Shown here one piece after another: positions 51,912 through 64,000 of a DNA stretch of 64,000 bases (position 1 is the stretch's first letter; the number at the start of each line of letters is the position of its first letter). Made by a program: the position numbers and the translations under genes. This DNA is from Mytilus californianus (lineage: Eukaryota), in the NCBI RefSeq assembly GCF_021869535.1, contig NW_026262690.1:29946001-30010000 (forward strand). Direction: 5' to 3'. The notes under the pieces are model-generated. The model worked only from the letters and a program-made list of their open reading frames with translations, did no database searches and was not told the DNA's origin.

Positions 51912-52781
51912 GTAAATTTTTGTTATCTTTTACACCAATTATTAAAAAAAATGTATACAACGCAACAAGTAGAATGCCGCATTGCATGTTTGGTGTAGAT
52001 CATCACAAACAGAAAGATACCAATATTCTACATTGGATGCGCATTTTCATTTACATCAAGATGTCGTTAAATGAAATTGGATACCCTGCATATATCATGT
52101 TTTTCAATAACATATGATAAAATCGCTGTAAGACCCCCCTCCTAAATTATTGAAAATTATCATTCTGAATTGACAATACAATCTTTGTGTAAATTAGATA
52201 CACCCATTCGGGCTATCGCCCTAAAGGTATATCTAATACTTACATAGAAGTGTTATCATTTAACAGCAAAAAGTTTAGATTTTTGTAATTAAACCAGAAA
52301 AACACATAGTACAGCGATTCGTATTGCCATACAAAAGCAATGATAAGGTATCAATTTGATGACAGAAAAATAGACACAATTAAGATGTCATTCCAAATCC
52401 ATAACTACAAAACATCTTCTGAAAGTGTTACCGCATCTGGAAATTTTGAGATAATGACACTTTTCATGTTTTATGCATACAAATTGCTCTTTTTAGAACA
52501 AGAGAAAAGATAAAATATTTATTTATTACTTCTATGTAAATCAGATGTAATCGTCTCATATCTTCGAGACTGACACCCCTCAGTTATGAGAAGCTTACAT
52601 CTAATACATACACTTTATCTCTAAGCCATCTTTCATATTTTGCAACTTTGTTTGTTAATTAAACACAAATATCATATATATTCTACGAGAACATAAAATA
52701 AGAATCGACTTAAACGGTCAATGTTGGTTAAGATATCCAGTATTTGATATAGGTACTAGATACACCTATGAGGGCTTTATG

Positions 52782-53185
52782 AAAGTAAGATGTGGTATGA
52801 TTGCCATTGAGACAATCTCCACAAGAAACCAAATGACATAGAAGTTTACAACTATAGGTCACCGTACGGCCGTCAACAATGATCAAAACCCATACCGCAT
52901 AGTCAGCTATAAAAAACCCCGAAATGACAAATGTAAAACAATTCAAACGAGAAAACTAACGGCCTGATTTATGTACAAAACAATGAAGAAAAACAAACCA
53001 ATTATGATATACAACAACAAACGACAACCACACGACTGAAATACAGGCTCCTAACTGGGGACAGGCACATCCAGGGTTAAACTAGTTTGTTGGCGTTATA
53101 CCCTCCCCATAACCTAGGACAGTGGTGTAACAGTACAACATAAGAACAAACTATAAAAAACAGTTGAAAAGGGCCCAACTCATCA
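52782..53185 (+). repeat. High-copy mussel-type interspersed repeat (same family as 14446-14811)
   Basis: aagatgtggtatgattgccattgagacaatctccacaagaaaccaaatgac... Confidence 0.85.
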
Positions 53186-55858
53186 GATCGATACAAAGCA
53201 GAAAAGCATCTAATAAAAAACACAGACCTGACCTGCGTAAAAATTAGGATGTGCTATCCTGTTTGAAATAAGTTTTCTACAGGTACCGCAAAACTTCCAA
53301 ACCAAATCTGTGTATCTATGGAAGAATTTAGTAAAGGTTTTAAGTAATTGGTGGTTACGAAATCCCTGACTTAATAATTTACCAGTTATACATAGATTAC
53401 GTTCATTGAAATCTAAAACTATGGAAAGCCTCAGCTGTCATATATTAGAGATTTACAAAACGTTATGCTGAAGCTTAAAATGCAAAGTTAAGACAGCGTG
53501 ATGTTGAATTGAGTCATCAAAATGCTAACTCTAAATTACAATATGCTAAGTTGAATTTGTGCAATGTTGACTTGCAATGACAAGTGCTTTAGTCGTGATA
53601 GTATAATGATAAGTCACGATGTTGTGATGATATGCCAAACACACGTAATGTTAGGTTTAAAGTACATGATGTGAAGTTGACGTTGCATGATGTTAGCTTG
53701 CAGATGGGTACTGCTCAGTCATCCACATCGACAGCTATGATAAAAAATAAAGTGAATAGCTAAAATGTATGGTGCTGACTTGTTATTAATAAATGTTGAG
53801 CTGAGATAGTACGATGTTATATCATTGTGATATTACGATAGGTCTATCATGCAATCTGTTGATTTAAAACACCATGATGCACAGTTGAAAGTACATGATG
53901 TTAAGTTAAGATAACACGATGCTACACCACTATATTGAAACGAAAGGCTTACCATACAATTTGTTGACTGAAAACAACACGATGCAACGTGTTAAGCTAA
54001 GATGCTCACTTGAAACTACAGGACGTACAGTTGAAATTTTGTAATGTTAAGCTACGATAGCACGATGTTATATCATTATAATGTCACAATAGGCTTATTA
54101 TACAATTTGCTCATTTAAAACTACACAACGTACAGTTGAAAGTACGTGATGTTAAGCTAAGATAGCACGTTGTTATATCATTAGAATGCCACGATAGGCT
54201 TACCACACGATATGCTCGTTTAAAACTACATGACTTTCAGTTGAAACTAGGTGATGTTAAGCTAAGATAGCATGTTGTTATATCATTTGAATGTCACGAT
54301 AGGCTTACCATACAATATGCTCATTTAAAACTACACGACGTACAGTTGAAAGTATGTGATGTTGAGCTATGATAGCACGATGTTATATCATGAGCTATGA
54401 TAGCACGATGTTATATCATGATAATATCACGATAGGCTTGCCATACAATATGCTCATTCAAAACTACACGACGTACAGTTGAAAGTACGTGTTGTTGAGC
54501 TAAGATAGCACGATGTTATATCATTATGACGTCACGAGAGGCTTATCATACAATGTGTTGACTTCGAACTACACGATGTAAATTTGAAGTAGTTTGGTCT
54601 CGACTTGAAGCAGTAAAATGTTAAGTTATAAAAACAGAACGTAAAGTCAAAATAAAACAATGACAGGATGAATATACTTGTGCAGAATTGAAGATTTTTG
54701 GTGTTGACTTCGAATATAGTACAAATATTAGCTCGTTTTATAATAAATTGAAAGACACAATAATGATGCGTAAAACATTACAGAATTATGTGAATTGAAA
54801 CTGCAATTCTATGGAAAAGAATGAGGGACAAATCCCCAGGATTTTTTCTTCTTCATTTGCAAGTTCGGAGGCAAAATGATATACAAAGAAAGTTTCCATA
54901 AATTCATAAAAGAATTACCCATCGCTATATATTACACTTGAATACAGTTTTGCCGTATATTTTACATGTTTTGTTTGGATTTTTTTTTATGATTAAAAAC
55001 CAGACTTTTTTTATGAACAATATTTAAGAAAATATTTATCTATGTTGTGTGTTAATATATACAACATAATATTGTGCTTATAAGACTTATGACTGTGAGG
55101 GTCAAATTTTACTCATATAAAATCACATCTATGTAAGAGTTATCGGAGAATTTGTATTTACTAGTCCCGTTTTCCCGAAATAAAACATAAGAATCTGGAG
55201 TCTTAATCTTAAAAAACAAAGATCAACTCATATGACAAATAATACGCTAAAGCGTAGGACTGAGAGGATCAGAGCTATATCCCCCCCCCCCCCCCCTTTC
55301 CCGCCTTGTTAGAGGTATCTGAAAATTTGTGAATTTTCTTTTCCACGAAATCAAACAAAAAGAATTGACAGGTGGAAGAATCCAACTGCATGGGGCCAAC
55401 CCAAATATAAAGTATGGTAGATTCTGTTGTATACTTTTCGCTCATACATGAAGTCTATTAAACCTAATGAAATTTGACCTAGAGACTCCAGTCTAAATCG
55501 TCAACTTTCAAAAAAAAAATCATCATTTACAGCAGTGCCAACCATTTTTCCAGCACCAAGTAAGATAGTGCCCAGGTTAATGTATATATCCACTCGGAGA
55601 ATATTTTATTTTTTTAAATTGGTAAAGTCATTAATGGACAATGACCCCTATAACTTATAATAAGAAGCCAATTAATGATTTCCGTCACTTATTTTCTTGT
55701 CCATAGTGATTTTCTTGGTTCTTTGAAGCTTCTCTCTATCTATATGTGTTTTCAGAGAAAAAGAAAAAAAATAAAAAATCTGTAAAAATTGTTAAAGTCC
55801 ATGAATTATTTTGGTATTGCTTTGATTAATTTGTAGATATGTTTTTTTGATGTCATCA

Positions 55859-55862
<4 letters not shown>

Positions 55863-55928
<66 letters not shown>
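55863..55928. repeat. (CT)33 microsatellite
   Basis: Direct reading. Confidence 0.98.
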
Positions 55929-55931
<3 letters not shown>

Positions 55932-56512
55932 AGTTTTCATGAGTGTGGTCTAAATAAAAATCGGTAGATTTTTTAAAATTATTTGCCAAAATGTAGTTTA
56001 TTCTTTTTTAAAAAACATAATAAAAAGTTTGGGCCACAGAGCATTTTGCAAGCTATACAGGTTATGCAGTATTGTCAGATTTTGTATAAACTATACATGG
56101 AAAACTCAATGTTAGATAATAAAAATAAAAATTGGGATCACGAGACTCGTTTTCTGTCTACAAAACAAAATAGATAAAGTCCCTACACATTCCTACATTA
56201 GAGACGAAATATGCCAAAGGGATTTCAAACTCATAAGTCGAAAACAGACTGATAATGCCATGGCAAAAAATAAAAAAAATAAAAAACGACAAAAAATAAT
56301 GTTATCCGAGTCATCTCCCCTATATTGAAAAGTTGAAAAACATATGCAAAAAACGTTCTGTATTCAAAAACAAATAGTCGTTTTAATCAGATAAATCACA
56401 TAATGTTCTTCATCAAGATGAAAAGTACTACATATGAATAACATTCCTCTCTCAAAATGTGTATATTTTTTTTAGATATAGACCGATTGTGTTGTGCTAT
56501 ATGAGAATCTAA

Positions 56513-56790
56513 GGGAGCTACCATGTGATTTTTATGGGGGGGGCTAGGATGAAAACTTTTGTCCTGCCTTTTTTTGTTGTTGTAATCTCTGTCACGCCTT
56601 TTTATTTTTCACTCTATTCGGTCCTGCATTTTTTTTATTAGTTTATTCTGACTTTTTTTTTTACATAAATTGTCATCCTGCCTTTTTTTTTGCCAAGTTG
56701 CTCATCCTGCCTTTCTTTTACTCAAAACTCCTGTCCTGCCTTTTTTCAAATTTCATCCTAGCCCCCAATAAAAATCAAATGGTAGCTCCC
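56513..56790. mobile_element. PIF/Harbinger-type (Tourist-like) MITE, 278 bp
   Basis: TIR gggagctaccat.tgatttttat.ggggg...ctaggatgaaa, GGG...CCC ends, TAA TSD at 56510-56512 and 56791-56793. Confidence 0.88.
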
Positions 56791-57368
56791 TAAGATGGCG
56801 GGACACCCGACCTACCCTAAGGGCAATATATCTAATGAGGAAGAAATTTACAATTTCGGTCACGTCGAGTTACTTGTAGATCTAGCTCCTTTTGTTGAAA
56901 ATTGTTTCTGTTTTCATTTATCTATCTATTATACTGTTCAGGGGGAGAGGAGAATCGAAAAAAAAAAATACACAAAAATGGATAAAAGAAGGCGAAAGAT
57001 ACAAAAGGGATAGTAAAACTCTTAACCAAACTGACAATATCATGACAAAAACTCATCAGCCGAAATAAACTAGAAGAAAGATCAAAAGCCAAACAACAGT
57101 ATATTAAGCGCAACATATAGAAAACCAAAAACTGAGCAACACGAAACCCTCAAAAAAGGGGTGATCTCAGGTGCTCCAGAAGGATAAGCAGATCCTGTTT
57201 CATATGTGGCATCCATCACTTGGCGATTTTGCAAATAAAGAAGGAATGTGTTATAATTTTCGAGGAGCTCCTAAAAACATTAATTACAGGGTGTCAAATC
57301 GATGAACGTGCTAAAAATAGGCTCCTTTTCATAAAAAAGAATTGATGAAAATGTATTTGTATTTAATG

Positions 57369-57822
57369 TACAGTGGCAAATATTACATGCATACATGTAT
57401 AAGGACGAGAATATGTAAGTGTGATATGAATAGGAATAAATCTTGGCTCTGTACAAGACATATTTTGCTTGCTTAGCCGATTTTTAACAAACTAGTTGAC
57501 AAACCATCTCTGACAATCTATGGAAATCCAAATAGCATCGATTTTGATTAAGTCCAGATTTTTTGGTTTTATTTCGGGGAAAAGGGGTACGTTTTACGCG
57601 TACAGTGGCAAATATTACATGTATATCAGGACGAGAACATGTAAGTGTGATATGAATATGAATAAAACCTGCTTTGTTACAAGACATGCATACTTTACTT
57701 GCCTAGCCGAATTTTCAACGCGGAACTAGTCGAAAAACCGTCTCTGACATTCTATGGAAATCGTAATCGCATCGCTTTTGATTAAGTCTAGATTCTTTTG
57801 TTTTATTTCGTGAAAAAGAAAA
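57369..57822. repeat. Direct duplication of a ~230-bp module
   Basis: tacagtggcaaatattacatg...gatt.ttt.gttttatttcg at about 57369 and 57600. Confidence 0.85.
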
Positions 57823-59719
57823 TTCAAATTTTCAGATACCTCTAACAAGACCGGGGGTCACATTCTTATATAGCTCCGACCCTCTCAGTCCTACGCTAAG
57901 CGTATTATTTGTCATATCAGTTGATCTTTGTTTTTTAAGATTAAGACTCCAGATTCTTATGTTCTATTTCGTGGAAAACGGGAGTAGTAAATACAATTTC
58001 TCCGATAACTCTTACATAGATGTGATTTTATATGAGTAAAATTTGACCCTCACAGTCATAAGTCTTATAAGCACAATATTATGTTGTATATATTAACACA
58101 CAACATAGATAAATATTTTCTTAAATTTTAATCATAAAAAAAATCCAAACAAAACATGTAAAATATACGGCAAAACTGTATTCAAGTGTAATATATAGCG
58201 ATGGGTAATTCTTTTGCTTTATGAATTTATGGAAAACTTTCTTTGTATATCATTTTACATCCGGAGTTAAATTTCATTAATATTCATCAACTTGCAAATG
58301 AAGAAGAAAAAATCCTGGGGATTTGTCCCTCTTTTTTTTCCATAAAATTGCAGTTTCAATTCACATAATTCTGTAATGTTTTACGCATCGTTATTGTCTT
58401 TCAATTTAACATAAAACGATCTAATATTTGTACTATATTCGAAGTCAACACCAAAAATCTTCAATTCTGCACAAGTATATTCATCCTGTCATTGTTTTAT
58501 TTTGACTTTACGTTCTGTTTTTATAACTTAACATTTTACTGTTTCAAGTCAAGACCAAACTACTTCAAATTTACATCGTGTAGTTCGAAGTCAACACATT
58601 GTATGATAAGCCTCTCGTGACGTCATAATGATATAACATCGTGCTATCTTAGCTCAACAACACGTACTTTCAACTGTACGTCGTGTAGTTTTGAATGAGC
58701 ATATTGTATGGCAAGCCTATCGTGATATTATCATGATATAACATCGTGCTATCATAGCTCAACATCACATACTTTCAACTGTACGTCGTGTAGTTTTAAA
58801 TGAGCATATTGTATGGTAAGCCTATCGTGACATTCAAATGATATAACAACATGCTATCTTAGCTTAACATCACCTAGTTTCAACTGAAAATCATGTAGTT
58901 TTAAATGAGCATATCGTGTGGTAAGCCTATAGTGACATTCTAATGATATAACAACGTGCTATCTTAGCTTAACATCACGTACTTTCAACTGTACGTTGTG
59001 TAGTTTTAAATGAGCAAATGGTATAATAAGCCTATTGTGACATTATAATGATATAACATCGTGCTATCGTAGCTTAACATTACAAAATTTCAACTGTACG
59101 TCGTGTAATTTCAAGTGAGCATCTTAGCTTAACACGTTGCACCGTGTTGTTTTAAGTCAACAAAGTGTATGGTAAGCCTTTCGTTTCAATATAGTGGTGT
59201 AACATCGTGTTATCTCAACTTACCATCATGTACTTTCAACTGTGCATCATGATGTTTTAAATCAACAGATTGCATGATAGACCTATCGTAATATCACAAT
59301 GATATAACATCGTACATTCTCAGCTCAACATTTATTAATAACAAGTCAGCACCATACATTTTAGCTATTCATTTTATTTGTTATCATAGCTGTCGAAGTG
59401 TATGACTGAGCAGTATCCATCTGCAAGCTAACATCATGCAACGTCAACTTCACATTATGTACTTTAAACCCAACATTACGTGTGTTTGGCATATCATCAC
59501 AACATCGTGACTTATCATTATACTATCACGACTAAAGCACTTGTCATTGCAAGTCAACATTGTGCAGATTCAACTTAGCATATTGTAATTTAGAGTTAGC
59601 ATTTTGATGACTCAATTCAACATCACGCTGTCTTAACTTTACATTTTAAGCTTCAGCATAACGATTTGTAAATCTCTAATATATGACAGCTGAGGCTTTC
59701 CATATTAAACGTCACATAA

Positions 59720-59830
59720 GACACGGGCATAGCGAACGAGTTGTGATATATAAACACAGTAAGATGGTACCAAAAGGAACCGTCCAAAAAAGGAAAAATA
59801 ACAATAGGGAACGAAAAATTGTCAATGCAG
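59720..59830 (-). pseudogene. Penelope-like RT fragment, decayed
   Basis: Resembles 40170-40265 (FSFPIV.FPFLDG...). Confidence 0.5.
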
Positions 59831-60776
59831 AATGATGGTTTTCAATAATTTAGAAGGGGGATCTTTCAGAGATTTGACCATGTGTTATTGAAAAGCATGA
59901 TAAATGAGGGGAATCCAATTTCATTAAATGATATCTTGGTGTAAGTGTATATACATATTTATTCAATTCTCTCAATTGTTGAATATTTAGTTTCGAAAAA
60001 GTCAGTGAATAAATCGGATGATGATTATTTAGATGTGAATAGCAAGTAAGAGTCAACAGTAGATTACAGCTGTCAATTCTATTTGGTATATTCCAACCAA
60101 AAGAGAAAAAATCACCGAGGTATCAATCGCAACGACTTAAAAACGCAAAAACACCGCGGTATCAATCGTCACGTCAAAACCGCACATCTTACATAAACAG
60201 TTGGAATTTCTTTTATTTTAAAATGAGTGAGTTCACACGAGAAAACAACGAACTGAGATTTAAGATAAAATAATCCCATATAACTCATCTGAAAAATCTG
60301 CGAAATGATACCTTTTCGAGGAAAATCTAAATGCCAAATGCTGAGAAATTGAGCTCTTTAATGTTTTGTATGTTCTCCGCGAGGACGCTACTAGAAATCT
60401 TTATTAACATAATTGATTGATATGCAGCAAAGACTAACTCTTTTGAATACCTGGCAGATTCAAACGGACCTTAATATGATATTTATAAAGAATACACCGA
60501 GAAAACCGCTCATTTAATAAATTGAAAAACGGTAAACGGATAATCGTTCTTCTAAAAATACTTTCATTTCATGTTTTAACTTGAACAAACATTACATTTA
60601 AAACATTATGTTTTACACGAATATAATATTTTATATTGGAATGTAGTGCTTGAAAACATAGCCAGATGTTAGGAAAATGTACTATGATAAGGAATATGTG
60701 GAACACTCTGAAAATTGTCGTATGGAAATAACTGTCGCTTTAGTGACACATGATTTTTTCAATTGCTGATTTTTCA

Positions 60777-61910
60777 TTTTTTAGCTCACCGGGGCCCAAA
60801 GGGCCCCATGTGAGCTTATGCCATCACTTGGCGTCCGTCGTCGTCTGTCGTCGTCTGTCGTCGTAAACTATTTCAAAAATCTTCTCCTCTGAAACTACTG
60901 GGCCAAATACCTTCAAACTTAAACTAAATGTTCCTTAGGGTATCTAGTTTATAAATTGCATCCGAAGTTTTGATCCATCGACAAACATGGCCACCATGGC
61001 TAAAAATAGAACATAGGGGTCAAATGCAGTTTTTGGCTTATATCTCAAAAACTAAAGCTTTGAGAGCAAATCTAACATGGGTTAAATTTGTTCAATTGGT
61101 CAAGATCTATCTGCTCTGAAATTTTCAGACGAATCGAACAACCCATTGTTGGGTTGCTGCCACCGAATTAGTAGTTTTAACAAAATTTTGCAGTTTTTTG
61201 TTATTATTTTGAATATTATTATAGATATATATAAACTGTAAGCAGCAATAATGTTCAGCAAAGTAAGATCTACAAAAAAGTTAATATGACCATAATTGTC
61301 AATTGACCCCTTAAAGGAGTTATTGCCCTTTAAAGACAATTTTACACAATTTGTTCATCAAGTTTGCTAACATTTCAAAATCTTCTCCTCTGAAACTACT
61401 GGGCCAATTACCTTCAAACTTTAACTAAATGTTCCTTAGGGTATCTTGTTTATAAATTGTATCCGAAGTTTGTATCCATCGACAAACATGGCCGCTATGG
61501 CTAAAAATAGAACATAAGGGTCAAATGCAGTTTTTGGCTTATATCTCAAAAACTAAATCTTTTAGAGCAAATGTGACGGGGTAAAATTGTTTAATTGGTC
61601 AAGATCTATCGGCCCTGAAATTTTCAGACGAATCGAACAACCCATTGTTGGGTTGCTGCCACCGAATTGGTAGTTTTAACAAAATTTTTCATTTTTGTGT
61701 TATTATTTTGAATATTATTATAGATATATATAAACTGTAAGCAGCAATAATGTTCAGCAAAGTAAGATCTACAAAAAAGTTAATATGACCATAATTGTCA
61801 ATTGACCCCTTAAGAAGTTATTGCCCTTTAAAGACAATTTTACACAATTTGTTCATCAAGTTTGCTAACATTTAAAAATTTTCTCCTCTGAAATACAGGT
61901 GAACGATTCA
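60777..61910 (+). mobile_element. Helentron-associated interspersed element (HINE, pearl/CvA-like) with two ~501-bp core repeats
   Basis: ttttagctcacc...gtgagct subterminal palindrome, (gtc)n microsatellite, cores starting at about 60881 and 61382, and a caggtgaacgatt end. Confidence 0.75.
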
Positions 61911-62559
61911 ATATATAAATAATGAAAAGAATAAAGTATGCATTCGCATGGTTCACCCATTCGCATATACATTTCAAATAACATAGTTTAACAGATAATA
62001 TTTTTTAATTCTATACTATAATGGTTTCGAAATAATTTTGATGAGTATTACTGTTACTGACGTAAACAAACTATTTATTTTGTTACCTTTATCATAAGCA
62101 GAGTTACTTTTCTATCGTTTCTGCTTCACAAGTTTATAAATTGCTTTAAACACAAGCACCTTTATCGACACCAAAATTTTCCTTATTTATCACACAGCCG
62201 ATGTAAATATGAATACACGAATACACGGAAAACGTTTCCTTTCGATTTATCGAGTTAAATGAACCAAACAATACATACCCTTTGCTGTCTTGTAAGTTGT
62301 TACATGATTGATTGATTGATAAATTGGTTTTTGATTAGCGTCTCGTGGCAAATCGACTACCACTGGCATATTGCTATGTTCGATAGGAGCACAAATTTTG
62401 CCTTATAAACAAGACACATACACCCTCTCAACGAGTTGTTGAAAGTGTTATTTAAAGAGAAGAGCGAGCAGCACTTTCTCTACACGTGACATCGGATTTA
62501 AAGTCCTCGTTCCGTACGACTGATTGCAATTATTATATATATTCTTTGATGAATTTCAG

Positions 62560-62930
62560 ATTATGCTATCAGCGCCACCCTTTTATTTTGAAGGACACGT
62601 GACAACTGTTGGAAAGCTAGGGTCTATAATATGTCCACCTCAAGAATTCAAATTTAGTCTGTTTGAATGTGACATGAACAAATGTGACTGCAAAGTGGCG
62701 TTATTAGTATATAACAATTGCTTCCTATTTGAAAAAGATTTTTGTGATAAGTTCGTAAATTGCACGGACTGTAAAAACTTTACCAAGAAATGTTCTACTA
62801 AAGAGTTGAATAAATACTGTCCTAAACAATTTCCAATCTCACCAAAAGTAACGACGACGACTTCAAAACCAAATGCTGGCCTTACTGTTTTCCTAATTAG
62901 CTTAGTGTGCCTCATTATTACAACTATAAG
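62560..62930 (+). CDS. Cys-rich ectodomain, Thr stalk and TM exon of a putative type I membrane protein
   Basis: gaatttcag acceptor, ag|gtaagt donor, 371-bp open frame with 10 ectodomain Cys, KVTTTTSKP stalk and hydrophobic AGLTVFLISLVCLIITTI followed by R. Confidence 0.75.
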
Positions 62931-62991
62931 GTAAGTTAACGGATGAACGGAAATATATATAAGACATCTAGATATTAGTCAATGAATTTCG

Positions 62992-63066
62992 TTTTTAGCT
63001 CACCTGGCCCGAAGGGCCAAGTGAGCTTTTCTCATCACTTGGCGTCCGTCGTCCGTCGTCCGTCGT

Positions 63067-63104
<38 letters not shown>

Positions 63105-63960
63105 CGTCGTCGTTAGCTTTTTACAAAAATCTTCTCCTCTGAAACCACTAGGCCAAATTGAACCAAACTTGGCCACAATCATCATTAGGGTATCTAGTTT
63201 AAAAAATGTGTCCGATGACCCCGCCAACCAACCAAGTTGGCCTCCATGGCTAAAAATAGAACATAGGGGTAAAATGTAGATTTTGGCTTATATCTCTGAA
63301 ACCAAAGCATTTAGAGTAAATCTGACATAGGGTAAAACTGATTTTCAGGTCCAGATCTATCTGCCCTCAAATTTTCAGACAAATCTGACAACCTGTTGTT
63401 GGGTTGCTGCCCCTGAATTGGTAATTTTAAGGAAATTTTGCAGTTTTTGGTTATTATCTTGAATATTATTATAGATAGAGATAAACTGTAAACAGCAATA
63501 ATATTCAGCAAAGTAAGATCTACAAATAAGTTGTCATGACCAAAATTGTCAGTCGACCCCTTTAGGAGTTATTGCCCTTAATAGTCAATTTTTAACAATT
63601 TTTTGTAAATTTTGTAATCTTTTACAAAAATCTTCTTCTCTGAAATTTCTGAGACAAATTTAACCATACTTGGCCATAATCATTATTCGGGTATCTAGTT
63701 TAAAAAATTTGTCCAATGACCCCGCTTTCCAACCATCATGGCCGACTTGGTTAAAAATAGAACATAGGGGTAAAATGCAGTTTTTGTTTTATATCTCTGA
63801 AACTAAAGCATTTAGAGCAAATCTGACAGGTGGCAAAAATGTTCATCAGATTTAGATTTATCTGCCCTGAAATTTTCAGACAAATCCGACAACCCGTTGT
63901 TGGGTTGCTGCCCCTGAGTTAGTAATTTTACAAAAATTTTGCAGTTTTTTGTTATCATCT
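62992..63960 (+). mobile_element. Second HINE-type element, same family and orientation as 60777-61910
   Basis: tttagctcacctggcccgaagggccaagtgagc, longer (gtc)n, cores at about 63131 and 63632. Confidence 0.75.
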
Positions 63961-64000
63961 TAGATATCATTATAATATCTAATATCTAATACTATTAATT

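Larger units (their letters stand above)
53420..59704. mobile_element. 6.3-kb foldback element: ~1.9-kb inverted arms with ~105-bp internal subrepeats, 2.4-kb spacer
   Basis: Arms 53420-55365 and 57792-59704 are reverse complements from tatggaaagcctcagctgtc inward; no transposase ORF and no clear TSD. Confidence 0.88.

Noticed and set aside
55792-55989. RE-dipeptide ORF (and the poly-Asp ORF at 63000-63227)
   Set aside because: Translations of (CT)n and (gtc)n microsatellites.

Overview
AT-rich eukaryotic genomic DNA, most likely a mussel-type bivalve (judged from the repeat families; the species cannot be fixed from sequence alone). No rRNA, true tRNA gene or CRISPR array was found. Host genes: (1) three 3' coding exons (TM6, TM7, C-tail) of a rhodopsin-class neuropeptide GPCR most like the leucokinin/lymnokinin receptor, + strand, 9689-32564, with a 19.6-kb TM6-TM7 intron; its 5' exons are probably left of the window. 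(2) A small secreted Gly/Pro/Tyr-rich peptide gene, - strand, 41371-41586, with a candidate TATA plus short first exon near 49.1 kb. (3) Two exons (51813-51911, 62560-62930) that splice in frame into a signal-peptide, Cys-rich, single-TM protein. The rest is dense in mobile DNA: Tx1/L1 and CR1/L2-type LINE remnants, a tRNA-derived SINE with a 12-bp TSD, Penelope-like RT and terminal-repeat fragments with hammerhead-like motifs, a 3.2-kb gag-only LTR retroelement, a 1.4-kb P-type foldback, a 6.3-kb foldback with about 1.9-kb arms, a PIF/Harbinger MITE, Helentron-type HINEs and at least eight tandem arrays. Two of the arrays visibly grew inside copies of one interspersed repeat family. All alignments were done by eye and no databases were searched.
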